Below, in pieces: positions 8,696 through 18,014 of a DNA stretch of 29,983 nt. Source of the DNA: an uncultured virus (IMG/VR IMGVR_UViG_3300009503_000024). Lineage: Duplodnaviria > Heunggongvirae > Uroviricota > Caudoviricetes. Under the pieces are notes generated by a model, which saw only the letters and a list, made by a program, of their open reading frames with translations, ran no database searches and was not told the origin of the DNA. Positions within the stretch are counted from its first letter, which is position 1; each line of letters starts with the position of its first letter. The DNA is taken from IMG/VR virus record IMGVR_UViG_3300009503_000024. One strand, written 5' to 3'. The position numbers and the translations under genes are program-made.

Positions 8696-9757
8696 TTAAA
8701 GTTTTTTATAGCGATTATAAATTTCAAAATTTTGCAGCATTTGTTTAGTATAATCAATTATATCATTTTTCTTTTCATTTATTTTAACAATTTCTTTTTT
8801 TATTTTATCATATTGCAGCATTATTAAACGTCCTACATCATTATCCATATCAAAAACATTACTTCTTACATCTTCAACTTTTTGATCGAATTCTTTAATT
8901 ATTTCAGTAAACTTTTTATTAAATCCATCTATATCAAAATTTAATTGAGCTTCAATATTTTTTGAAGCTTTAATTATATCATTATCAAAATCAAGATTAT
9001 AATTTTTACATATTTCACTAATAAGTTCCCTTTGACTATCATTATAATTTTTAACTTTAAAATAATTAGATTTTTCTATTTTACCAATTTCTACCCCACT
9101 AAGTTCTTTATTTTGTAAATATAATAAATCATCTCTACATTTTTCAAGTTTATAACTTTTATTCGCTTTTTCGTTTATTATTTTTATCTCTTCTTGTTTT
9201 TTTCTTTCATTTTCTTTTTCTTCCCACTCAGATGCTCCTTTAATTACCAATTCAGTTTTTGCATTAACTTCATCAATATCAGCTCCATATTCTTTACCAT
9301 TATATTCAAATACATAAAAATCAGGAAATACTTCTATAATAATTAATCTAGAACCTTTTTTTATTATTTCAGAATTTCCATCCATATCTTCTGCATATAA
9401 ATCTTCTAAAACTTCAACTTTTACATTTTCATCATAATTTTCATATTTTGAAATAATATTATTCTCTGATTTAAGCATTTCATTTTTCCAATCTTCAAAG
9501 GATAATATATCAAAACCATGTTGTTTTTGACCTATAACATAACCTTCATACATAGTTTTATATATATTATCTTTTGCGCTTTTAATATGTTTAAACATTT
9601 GAACTCTAGCTTCTTCTTTTTTTACTGTTTCGGGTGAAGGTTTTTCTTTACCAAACCATTTTAATACTCTACCTGTTTTACGGCTGACTAATGCCCAACG
9701 TTTTTCACCATCTTTTATCCTTTGAACTAATCTACCAATAATTTCTGTTTTTATCAT
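8696..9757 (-). CDS. Modular hypothetical protein (candidate head-associated protein)
   Basis: N-terminal basic module (GEKRWALVSRKTGRVLKWFG...EEARVQMFKH) of a type I recall from phage head proteins. Segments are separated by IKSA, IKGAS, IKAS and IEAQ. The start is probably the ATG at 9757 after AAGGAG, rather than the TTG at 9805. Confidence 0.65.
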   Translation of the reverse strand: MIKTEIIGRLVQRIKDGEKRWALVSRKTGRVLKWFGKEKPSPETVKKEEARVQMFKHIKSAKDNIYKTMYEGYVIGQKQHGFDILSFEDWKNEMLKSENNIISKYENYDENVKVEVLEDLYAEDMDGNSEIIKKGSRLIIIEVFPDFYVFEYNGKEYGADIDEVNAKTELVIKGASEWEEKENERKKQEEIKIINEKANKSYKLEKCRDDLLYLQNKELSGVEIGKIEKSNYFKVKNYNDSQRELISEICKNYNLDFDNDIIKASKNIEAQLNFDIDGFNKKFTEIIKEFDQKVEDVRSNVFDMDNDVGRLIMLQYDKIKKEIVKINEKKNDIIDYTKQMLQNFEIYNRYKKL

Positions 9758-9845
9758 AGATTTCACTCCTTCCTCTTTTTCTAATTCTTTCTCTAACTTA
9801 GGCAACCCATAATTTTCATCATAATAATTTTTATATTTTTTATAA

Positions 9846-9873
9846 ATTATACCAGCTTAAATCCAAATGTCCA
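9846..9873 (-). promoter_or_regulatory. Putative sigma70-type promoter with extended -10
   Basis: Minus strand TGGACA-16 nt-TATAAT, with TGG directly before the -10 (TGnTATAAT), in an intergenic gap. Confidence 0.5.
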
Positions 9874-9913
9874 GTTACAACATAACACTTTTAACTGATA
9901 TCAACATTTTATA

Positions 9914-10252
9914 TTATTCTAAATTATTTACTTTTTCTTTATCATTATCCTTCTTTTCTTCAACTTTATTTTCAACTTTATCTTCAACTTTATTTTCAAC
10001 TTTATTTTCAACTTTATTTTTTGGAATTTTAACAGCTTCTTTTGCATCACCTTTTATCATATTTCCAACAACCAAAATCTTTTTCTCAATCATACCTTTA
10101 AATCTACCTTTTTCTAATGAAGCCTTTAAACTTTCTTTATCAACTTTATTTTCATCAATTTCTTCAAAAGGTTTAATAACTAAATTACCTTTTTTATCGG
10201 CTCTTAATACATCTGTCGTTAATTCCATATTCGTAATATTTCTTATTTTCAT
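9914..10252 (-). CDS. Hypothetical protein directly downstream of the MCP, with low-complexity NKVE tail
   Basis: AAGGAGG RBS; position typical of head-completion or accessory genes. Confidence 0.7.
   Translation of the reverse strand: MKIRNITNMELTTDVLRADKKGNLVIKPFEEIDENKVDKESLKASLEKGRFKGMIEKKILVVGNMIKGDAKEAVKIPKNKVENKVENKVEDKVENKVEEKKDNDKEKVNNLE
9959..10018. repeat. 12-bp tandem repeat x5 (TTCAACTTTATT), encoding (N/D)KVE
   Basis: Five consecutive units with a single substitution, inside a CDS. Confidence 0.9.
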
Positions 10253-10272
10253 TTTTATAACCTCCTTAAGTT

Positions 10273-10309
10273 TTATGAAAGGGTGGTATCAAATACCACC
10301 CTTTCATAA
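10273..10309 (-). terminator. Perfect 17-bp hairpin after the MCP (intrinsic terminator or mRNA-stabilising stem)
   Basis: TTATGAAAGGGTGGTAT-caa-ATACCACCCTTTCATAA, about 10 nt after the MCP stop codon. Confidence 0.75.
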
Positions 10310-10318
10310 TTATAAAAT

Positions 10319-11302
10319 TTATGCAACAGTAATTAACACTATACCCTTTGCATATCTAATCACCATGCCAATATCTTCCCAAATATTAAACACATCTCCG
10401 GCTTTATTAGCATCAGATAAGAATCTTATATCAATATCTGTTCTAATTGCTAATTTACCGAGATATTCTTTTGGCGCTAAAACAAAGATTTCATCAGTTG
10501 GCACTACAACTGAATCATACATTGGAACACCAAAAATTTCACCAACTAAACCAGTTCTTAACGCTTCTTCTTGTATTGCTGGAGCAAAAATACCATAACC
10601 GCCACTAGCTGTTCCTGCTAATGATACATTAAAAAGCAAGAAATCAGTTAATCTTTCTGGGTTAATCCAAATAGCACCAGTAGGTAATAATTTACCGCGA
10701 AGTTTTCCTATTGCTTTTGCAATATCAATGGGACCAACTTTTGCACTTTCAAATGTATTAAAAGAAGAAGGATTATTAGTTGCAGCAGTTGTTCCTGCTA
10801 ATGATAAAACTGGTGTCTGATTAGTTAAACCAGCCGCAAATTTTATAAGAGTATAAAACTTCGCATCTTCTTGTAATTGAACTGATGCTTGTCCTCTTCT
10901 TCTTGCTAATTCCATTACATCAAACTTTCTGAAATTCTGTTCGTTCCATTTTACAATAAAAGTAGAACTAACAACATTAGTATCTATCCTAACCCTATCT
11001 GATTTAATATCAGATATTATAGGTAGACCGTTTACAGAAAGCTGTGCAGCTGGAACATCTAAATCACAATCAAAAACCGCTTCTTCGCCTTGTCCTAAAT
11101 AATAAGAATCAAGCATTAATCTTGCTTTACCTTCAAATAACATTTCGCGCATTATTTGCTCTCTCATCTGAGTTGCTAAAATATTGCGTCCATAAGGTGA
11201 TTTTAATATTTGCTCTATTTTAGCAGATGCTAAAATTGGGTCAAATTTGCCTTTATCGTTTCTAGAAGCATAAATTTTATTATCTATTGTTTCGTTAGCC
11301 AT
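10319..11302 (-). CDS. Major capsid protein (HK97-fold)
   Basis: 327 aa; follows protease, scaffold and decoration genes. HK97-like features: QLQEDAKFYTLI backbone helix, AIWINPE, GLVGEIFGVPMYDSVVVP and C-terminal WEDIGMVIRYAKGI. A strong hairpin lies downstream. Confidence 0.88.
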   Translation of the reverse strand: MANETIDNKIYASRNDKGKFDPILASAKIEQILKSPYGRNILATQMREQIMREMLFEGKARLMLDSYYLGQGEEAVFDCDLDVPAAQLSVNGLPIISDIKSDRVRIDTNVVSSTFIVKWNEQNFRKFDVMELARRRGQASVQLQEDAKFYTLIKFAAGLTNQTPVLSLAGTTAATNNPSSFNTFESAKVGPIDIAKAIGKLRGKLLPTGAIWINPERLTDFLLFNVSLAGTASGGYGIFAPAIQEEALRTGLVGEIFGVPMYDSVVVPTDEIFVLAPKEYLGKLAIRTDIDIRFLSDANKAGDVFNIWEDIGMVIRYAKGIVLITVA

Positions 11303-11315
11303 AGCTGAACCTCCT

Positions 11316-11834
11316 TTACAATAATGTTAAACGAATAACGGCTGAAACAATACCGCTAGAATCACTCGTTACATCTTCACAAACACCAATTTCAACTGCA
11401 TCTGTAGAATCATGCGTAATTTTACCGTTATCGTTAACATAGACTTCTTTACTAACTTCTAGCTCCGCATCTGGATCAAAAGGGTTTGAATCTTTATCCC
11501 TTTTATCATCATATACATAAACAACAGCTTGTCTAATTGCGGCAATTAACCCGCCGCGGTTATAATTAGTATAATCATAACCTTCACCTGCTGTAAATGG
11601 TTGACCTGTAGAACCTGGACCTAATGGAAACACAACATTTGAATCAAGAGCAAGCCCATTTGGCCGAAGATTATTAGTTCTATCTCCGGTTGCCCATGGA
11701 CGAATAAGAATTACACCTGTAGTTGCATCTTTTTCGAGAACTGTCAATGTTCCAGAATAAATTTTTGTACCAGCTTTGGGCTGATAACCAATCGTTCTGG
11801 ATGCTACATTCTCTTTCAAAACTCGTATAGCCAT
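11316..11834 (-). CDS. Putative head decoration/cement protein
   Basis: 172 aa, directly upstream of the MCP. Gly/Val-rich beta character with VYVNDNGKIT...IGVC, typical of capsid cement/decoration families. Confidence 0.65.
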   Translation of the reverse strand: MAIRVLKENVASRTIGYQPKAGTKIYSGTLTVLEKDATTGVILIRPWATGDRTNNLRPNGLALDSNVVFPLGPGSTGQPFTAGEGYDYTNYNRGGLIAAIRQAVVYVYDDKRDKDSNPFDPDAELEVSKEVYVNDNGKITHDSTDAVEIGVCEDVTSDSSGIVSAVIRLTLL

Positions 11835-11945
11835 CGTTTTTTCCTCCTTTTTTAAAATTTTTAGCTATTACTTTATCTTATCTATTTAATCTGTTTTCTA
11901 ATCATTTTCATATTTACTTGTTTACTACTTCACTTCAAATCAATA

Positions 11946-13001
11946 TCATTTCTCAAATAACTCATTAATTATATTATTTGTATTTTCTTTTGGTTCTATT
12001 TTTAATGTTTCTTTAAAAGTTTCTAACATATCATCATTAGCTGCCATAAAAATTTTTCTTAATTTCTTTATTTTTTCTTCAATAGCTCTTTCTTTTGCAA
12101 ATATAGGGTTTTCACCAGCAACAATCATATTTTTAATTTCTTCTTTTGATACTATTCTATCTTCATCAATTAAATATGTTAAAATTTCTTCAACTTTCTT
12201 TTTCTTTTCATCAATTTGCTGTTTTAATTCAGCAAGTTTTTTATCATCAGGTGATATTTCTTGTTTATTACCTTCTTTTTCATTAAGCATTTTTTCCATT
12301 TCTTCTCTTAAACTATTTTCTTTTTCACTTTCTTCATTTTCTTTTTCACTTTCTTCATTTTCTTTTTCACTTTCTTCATTTTCTGGTTCTAATTCTACAT
12401 TTTTTTGCGTTTTATTATCTTCTTCTTTCTTTTCAACTGGCAAATCTAACAATACTCTAAAAAATTCTATAATTTGTGCTAAATCTTGACTAAAAGCATT
12501 AGGTAAACGTTTTACTTCATTACCTTCTTTATCTAATACATATATCTCATTAGTATTTTTATCTTTATGCGCTATATAACCGGAACCGAGTGGAATTCCT
12601 TCCGTAACTTCCCATATATCTTTTTCTTCTGCTTTTATTATTTTTTTATCAACTGCACCAGCTAACTCCTGCATTGTTTCTCTTTTATACTCATAATTAT
12701 CTCTAATATCGTATTTTTGTTTATCTTCTGTTATTTGCAACAAATCTTGATATAAATTCACTACTTCTTCTTTTTTAAAATTTAAATCATTATATCTTGT
12801 AATTTCTTTTAATCTTTTCAAATAATTTAATTTTTGAGGATAAGAAGTTATTCTTATCATTCTTTTTATTTTATTAATCAATTCATCTAAATTATTATGA
12901 ACTTTAATATCATAAATATCTTTAATATCATATAATTGACGGTTTTCTTTTTTCTTTTTACCTATGAGATATTTATCAAAATTCATTATTTTATCCTCCA
13001 A
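11946..13001 (-). CDS. Putative scaffolding protein
   Basis: Lies between protease and decoration/MCP; highly charged E/K helical protein with a low-complexity acidic linker. Confidence 0.5.
   Translation of the reverse strand: MEDKIMNFDKYLIGKKKKENRQLYDIKDIYDIKVHNNLDELINKIKRMIRITSYPQKLNYLKRLKEITRYNDLNFKKEEVVNLYQDLLQITEDKQKYDIRDNYEYKRETMQELAGAVDKKIIKAEEKDIWEVTEGIPLGSGYIAHKDKNTNEIYVLDKEGNEVKRLPNAFSQDLAQIIEFFRVLLDLPVEKKEEDNKTQKNVELEPENEESEKENEESEKENEESEKENSLREEMEKMLNEKEGNKQEISPDDKKLAELKQQIDEKKKKVEEILTYLIDEDRIVSKEEIKNMIVAGENPIFAKERAIEEKIKKLRKIFMAANDDMLETFKETLKIEPKENTNNIINELFEK
12315..12384. repeat. 21-bp tandem repeat x3.3, encoding ENEESEK
   Basis: Unit ATTTTCTTTTTCACTTTCTTC repeated exactly. 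Confidence 0.9.
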
Positions 13002-15162
13002 ATCTTATTTTGTAAAGTTCTTCAATTTCATCTTGACTCATACCATTTTTCAATAATTTTTCAACTTCAATTTCAGACGCTAATGGATGAATATTAAAAT
13101 CAAAAGTCTTACTTAAAAGAGTTGATTTTCCCATACCTTTTGCAAAAATCTTTTTATCATTATCAGATAATTTATTAAATTCTTTTGCAAAAAGTTTTAT
13201 TCTAACTTGTTTACTTGATTGAATTGGCCATTGCCCACTTATCCTATATTCAAGATATGTTTTAAAATTTTCTTTACCACTTAAAACATCTTCATTTATT
13301 AAATTTTCATCAATCAAACTTTTTAAATGTGATTGTATTCCAAATAATTGTTTAAAACAATATACTTCAACGGCATCTTGCTGTGTTTGACCTTCAATTG
13401 GTTTAATATTTACATTATCCTTGTTTGCAATTATACAAGATTCTAATTTTTCTTTATTAGCTTTAACAAAAGCTTCTATTTTTTCTGTTTCTTCTAAACT
13501 TGCTTTAATATCAAAATTATCTAAACTAGCTTTTGTTTTTTTCTTACCTCTATGTTTTTCTCTAGGCCAATAACCAGTTGCTTCGTGTTCTAACCAAGCA
13601 CAATAAGCCTCTGGATTATCACTCCAGTGTTTTGTTTTTTCTACACATTTATAAAAATCACCACCATAAGATTTCCAAATTTTTTCCCATTTTGAAGCTG
13701 CAGCTTTAAGATTTACAACTTCTTCCCAAGATTTTTCATCTTCCTCTTCATTCATACCCCAAACAGATTTTACATAATCTTCTCCTTCAATTTGTAATGT
13801 TGCAAGCAAACGTCTTTTAAATAAATCAGATTGCGCATATTCTTTCAATGTCATATCATCTATTTTTATTGTTTCATCATTAATATCCATTCCCCAAATA
13901 TTACTTAAAGATTGTTTAAAATTTGGTAAACCATTTTTTGTTATAAGCCAATATTTTTCATCACCTATAGATATTAAATGAGCATTATAATCTTTACCTA
14001 TAAGTTTACCTTTTTTAATAAGTTTATCTTTAATTTTATTTACTTCATATGCTGTTAATCTTTTATCTAAATATTTTGTAAGTTCATAATCAAAAATAGG
14101 TGTATCAATTAAAGATTCAAGCCCAGCAACTATTTTATCTATTTCACCATCATTTACTTTTTTAATAGCTTCTGTAATTCTAAATAATTCATAAGCATTT
14201 ATGTTTTTTAATACTTCTTCTGTATTAGAATCTATTTTTTCATCTTCTTGAGATAAGATTTCTGATCCTTTTATTTTTCTAATATGCCAAGCGTGTTGAA
14301 ATAAATCAAGATCATTTTCTTCAGCTTCTTCTCTTGAAAAAACCGTAACTTTATATTTACATTTTTTATTACCATATTTTACTAACCAAATACCACTAAC
14401 TCCACTTTCAAAATCATCATCTTCATGTGTTAATTGTTCAACTTCAATATCTTCTCTTGAAAAATCTTTCAACTTCATATCATCAATAAATTTATCTTTT
14501 AAATCACCTTCAACATATTCATATAATTCAGAAGCTTTTATTGTATTATATTTTTTTTCATTTTTAGCAACTAAATTTTTAAATTGAGCATTCTTATCAG
14601 CAGGACTTTCAACTATACCAGCACCAACAAAAGTTAAATCTAAATCTTTTCTATAAACTAATACTTCAGAACCATCCGCAGCTTTTATTCTTTTATTCAT
14701 ACTACCCTTAATATGTTCACAAGGATCAGCAAAAGGAAACTCCGCACCGCAAAAACCACATTGAGCCTTTTCTGCATATGCTTCCATTGACATTTGATGC
14801 AATTCGCCACTAATAATTCTAGCAACATGTTCGGGATATACCTTTTTATCAATTTTACAAATTATATCAACAGAATCATGTTCCCCATTTTTACCCTCAA
14901 CATAAGTTGCATCTATTATTTTACCAAGTATTTGATTAGTGTCATGATTATAATCAACAATTTTACCTATAAAAGTTTTATATGATTTTTTAACTTCTTC
15001 AGATGGCAAATAATCACCATTACCATTAGGTTCATCACAAGTTAAAATTCTACTTCTTAAATAAATATAATCATTTGTGTTATCTGAAGCTTCAACTTTA
15101 TTTTGCACATCTGTCAAAGGCATTATTTCGGTTTTTACTGAACTACCAAAAATTATACCCAT
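12991..15162 (-). CDS. Prohead (capsid maturation) protease, HK97/assemblin-fold, with Zn-finger insertion and long C-terminal extension
   Basis: Motifs PNGNGDY, YKTFIGKIVDYNHD (His), ILGKIIDA, MSME (Ser), CGFC...CEH and FVGAGIVESPADKNA in the first ~200 aa; located between portal and MCP. Confidence 0.82.
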   Translation of the reverse strand: MGIIFGSSVKTEIMPLTDVQNKVEASDNTNDYIYLRSRILTCDEPNGNGDYLPSEEVKKSYKTFIGKIVDYNHDTNQILGKIIDATYVEGKNGEHDSVDIICKIDKKVYPEHVARIISGELHQMSMEAYAEKAQCGFCGAEFPFADPCEHIKGSMNKRIKAADGSEVLVYRKDLDLTFVGAGIVESPADKNAQFKNLVAKNEKKYNTIKASELYEYVEGDLKDKFIDDMKLKDFSREDIEVEQLTHEDDDFESGVSGIWLVKYGNKKCKYKVTVFSREEAEENDLDLFQHAWHIRKIKGSEILSQEDEKIDSNTEEVLKNINAYELFRITEAIKKVNDGEIDKIVAGLESLIDTPIFDYELTKYLDKRLTAYEVNKIKDKLIKKGKLIGKDYNAHLISIGDEKYWLITKNGLPNFKQSLSNIWGMDINDETIKIDDMTLKEYAQSDLFKRRLLATLQIEGEDYVKSVWGMNEEEDEKSWEEVVNLKAAASKWEKIWKSYGGDFYKCVEKTKHWSDNPEAYCAWLEHEATGYWPREKHRGKKKTKASLDNFDIKASLEETEKIEAFVKANKEKLESCIIANKDNVNIKPIEGQTQQDAVEVYCFKQLFGIQSHLKSLIDENLINEDVLSGKENFKTYLEYRISGQWPIQSSKQVRIKLFAKEFNKLSDNDKKIFAKGMGKSTLLSKTFDFNIHPLASEIEVEKLLKNGMSQDEIEELYKIRFGG

Positions 15163-15191
15163 TTTAAAATTCCTCCTTAGTATAATATCTA

Positions 15192-15216
15192 TTTTATAAA
15201 TATAAAAAATTAACTA
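15192..15216 (-). promoter_or_regulatory. Conserved 25-bp motif, copy 4 (upstream of the protease-scaffold-decoration-MCP block)
   Basis: TAGTTA ATTTTTTA TATTTATAAAA followed by AAGGAGG. Confidence 0.65.
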
Positions 15217-15221
15217 TACTA

Positions 15222-15689
15222 TTATTGGTTTTGCATTTTTGCATTATATAACTGTTTTAATTCATCATCAAATTTATCTTCAATTTTTTGATATAATAAT
15301 TGCAAATCTATTGGACGTGAATTTTCTATTGCTACTTTTATCAAATCTTTATCAAATTTATCATATAAATACTCAAACATTTTTTTTAAAAATCTACTAT
15401 ACCTATTATCTTCAATTATATATTTTATTATATCCTTGCTAAATTTATCCGCATATTCTTTATAAAAGTAATCAGCAATTTCAATACTTCTTATATTTTT
15501 TGCCATATATCTCATTAAATCATCATCAAATCTATCTTTAAAATGTTTTAATATTTCTATAGGTTTAGCATCTATTTCTATTGCGTATTTAATATCATCT
15601 ATTTCAAATTGATCTTTATACGTTTTATATAATTCTCCTACATCATCAATATTATCTATTAATTCTTTTATAGTATATTCATTTTCCAT
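15222..15689 (-). CDS. 26-aa helical-repeat family paralog (most divergent copy)
   Basis: YTIKELID N-cap, DKFDKDLIK repeats, DKFDDELKQLY C-cap. Confidence 0.8.
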   Translation of the reverse strand: MENEYTIKELIDNIDDVGELYKTYKDQFEIDDIKYAIEIDAKPIEILKHFKDRFDDDLMRYMAKNIRSIEIADYFYKEYADKFSKDIIKYIIEDNRYSRFLKKMFEYLYDKFDKDLIKVAIENSRPIDLQLLYQKIEDKFDDELKQLYNAKMQNQ

Positions 15690-15708
15690 TTTACTTACCT
15701 CGTTTTAT

Positions 15709-16533
15709 TTATTTTTTATAATATCTTTTTTTACGATATAATTGTTTTAATTCATCATCAAATTTATCTCCTAAATACTCATATAAACTTTCTAAATCGG
15801 CTTTTTTATCTATTGCATATTTTATCAATTCTTTATCAAATTTATTTTTTAAAAAACAATATAAACTACCTAATTCAATTTTTTTATCTATTGCATATTT
15901 TATTAACTCTTTATCAAAATTATTATTCACCCAACCATATAAATCATCTAAATCAGCTTCTTTATCAATAGAATATTTTATTAACTCCTTATCAAATTTA
16001 TTTCTTAAATAAAAATATAAATCATCTAAATCATATTTTTTATCAATAGCATATTTTATTAATTCTTTATCAAATTTATCTTTTAATTTTTTTATTATAA
16101 ATTCTGCTTCATAATCACCAGAATTACCAGAATCATCATAATATTTATTAATAATTATTTTAATAAGTTCTTTATCAAATTTATCTCCACCAAGTTCTAA
16201 TATATCTAAAATATATATATCTTCACTAATTAAATATTTAATAATTTCTTTATCGATTTTATTTTTAAAATTTTTCTTTAAAAATTTAAAAAGCCATTCT
16301 CCATAATCATTATCATTTATATATTCATCTTCTTTATATTTTTTAATAATATATTTAATCATTTCAGAATCAAACTTATCATTTACATATTTAACTAAAT
16401 TATCTATATCATAATCTTTATCAATAGCGTATTTAATATCATCTTTAGTAAAATAATCTTTAAAATTTTTATATACATTTTTTATATCATAAGTATTATC
16501 TAATAATTCTTTTATTGTATATTTGTTTTTCAT
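15709..16533 (-). CDS. 26-aa helical-repeat family paralog
   Basis: Multiple FDKELIKYAIDKxxDLxxLY units; C-cap FDDELKQLYRKKRYYKK. Confidence 0.85.
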   Translation of the reverse strand: MKNKYTIKELLDNTYDIKNVYKNFKDYFTKDDIKYAIDKDYDIDNLVKYVNDKFDSEMIKYIIKKYKEDEYINDNDYGEWLFKFLKKNFKNKIDKEIIKYLISEDIYILDILELGGDKFDKELIKIIINKYYDDSGNSGDYEAEFIIKKLKDKFDKELIKYAIDKKYDLDDLYFYLRNKFDKELIKYSIDKEADLDDLYGWVNNNFDKELIKYAIDKKIELGSLYCFLKNKFDKELIKYAIDKKADLESLYEYLGDKFDDELKQLYRKKRYYKK

Positions 16534-16562
16534 TTATAACCTCTTTATACAATTATTTTAAT

Positions 16563-17123
16563 CTACCACCAAGATCTATTTAATATATATTTACGTAAAT
16601 AGTTTAAAGCAGCATTTTTCTTTATTGCATATTGTATTAACTCTTCATCAAATTTATCTACTAAAAAAAAATATAAGTTTTTTAAATCTGCTTCTTTATC
16701 TATAGCATATTTTATTAATTCTTTATCAAATTTATCTCTTAATATCCTATATAAAGCAGACTTATATTTAGTAATATTAATAGCATATTTTATTAATTCT
16801 TTATCAAATTTATTTTTCAACAAATCATATAAATCAGATAAACAAGCATTTTTATCTATTGCATGTTTTATCAATTCACTGTTAAATTTATTTTTTACAT
16901 ATTTATATAAATAATATAAATCCATTCCTTTATCAATAAAATATTTAATTATTTCAGAATCAAACTTATTTTTTAAATATTTAACTAAATTTTTAATATC
17001 CATATCTTTATCAATAGCATATATAATATCATCTTTAGTAAATTCATTAGCAAACCTTTTATATACTTCAACTGGTTTATCAACACTATCCAATAATTCC
17101 TTTATCGTCATTTTTTTAACCAT
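16563..17123 (-). CDS. 26-aa helical-repeat family paralog with eroded C-terminal cap
   Basis: Repeat units present; ends NRSWW instead of FDDELKQLY. Confidence 0.8.
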   Translation of the reverse strand: MVKKMTIKELLDSVDKPVEVYKRFANEFTKDDIIYAIDKDMDIKNLVKYLKNKFDSEIIKYFIDKGMDLYYLYKYVKNKFNSELIKHAIDKNACLSDLYDLLKNKFDKELIKYAINITKYKSALYRILRDKFDKELIKYAIDKEADLKNLYFFLVDKFDEELIQYAIKKNAALNYLRKYILNRSWW

Positions 17124-17138
17124 TTTACTTACCTCCTT

Positions 17139-17999
17139 TTATTCATATTCTTCTCTATATTTCTTTTTTAAATCTTTTGGAAATCTATTACCTAATTCTT
17201 TATATAAAGAATATACATCAGCATCTTTATCATAAGCATATCTTATAAGTTCTTCATCAAATTTATCTACTAAATAAAAATATAAAATTTTTAACTTAGC
17301 TTTTTTATCAATAGCATATTTTATTAATTCTTTATCAAATTTATCTCCTAATATTCTATATAAATCAGACTTATATTCAGTAATATCAATTGCATATTTT
17401 ATTAATTCTTTATCAAATTTATCATATAAATTTTTATACAAATATTGTAAAATTTCTTCACTACTATGAATTTTAACTATTGCATAAATACTATATTTTA
17501 TTAATTCTTTATCAAATTTATCTTTCGCATATTCAACTAAATATTCTGCAAAATCACTATCTTTTTTAATAGCATATTTTATTAATTCTTTATCAAATTT
17601 ATCTCCTAAATATTCACTTATATCATCAGGATCCAAATATTCTCTAGATTTATCAATAGCATATTTAATATCTTCTTTAGTAAATTTATTTCTTAAATAT
17701 TTGTATAAATTTTCTAAATCAGCTTCTTTATCTATTGCATATTTTATTAATTCTTTATCAAATTTATCTCCTAAATATTTGTATAAACTTTTTAAACCCA
17801 CTTTTTTATCAATAGTATATTTTATTAATTCTATATCAAATTTATCTTTTATATATTTAACTAATTCATCAACATCCATATTTTTATTAATTGCATACAT
17901 AATATCATCTTTAGTAAATTCATTTGCGAATCTTTTATATACTTCGGCTGATTTATCAACTGTATCTAATAATTCCTTTATTGTATATTTATTTTTCAT
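17139..17999 (-). CDS. 26-aa helical-repeat family paralog
   Basis: Multiple FDKELIKYAIDK units. Confidence 0.85.
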   Translation of the reverse strand: MKNKYTIKELLDTVDKSAEVYKRFANEFTKDDIMYAINKNMDVDELVKYIKDKFDIELIKYTIDKKVGLKSLYKYLGDKFDKELIKYAIDKEADLENLYKYLRNKFTKEDIKYAIDKSREYLDPDDISEYLGDKFDKELIKYAIKKDSDFAEYLVEYAKDKFDKELIKYSIYAIVKIHSSEEILQYLYKNLYDKFDKELIKYAIDITEYKSDLYRILGDKFDKELIKYAIDKKAKLKILYFYLVDKFDEELIRYAYDKDADVYSLYKELGNRFPKDLKKKYREEYE

Positions 18000-18014
18000 T
18001 TTTTTTCCTTTTAT

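Noticed and set aside
11835..11945. Possible ncRNA or small ORF in the 110-bp gap before the decoration gene
   Set aside because: No stable stem, no tRNA-like fold and no RBS-led ORF were visible. It is treated as an A-rich leader.
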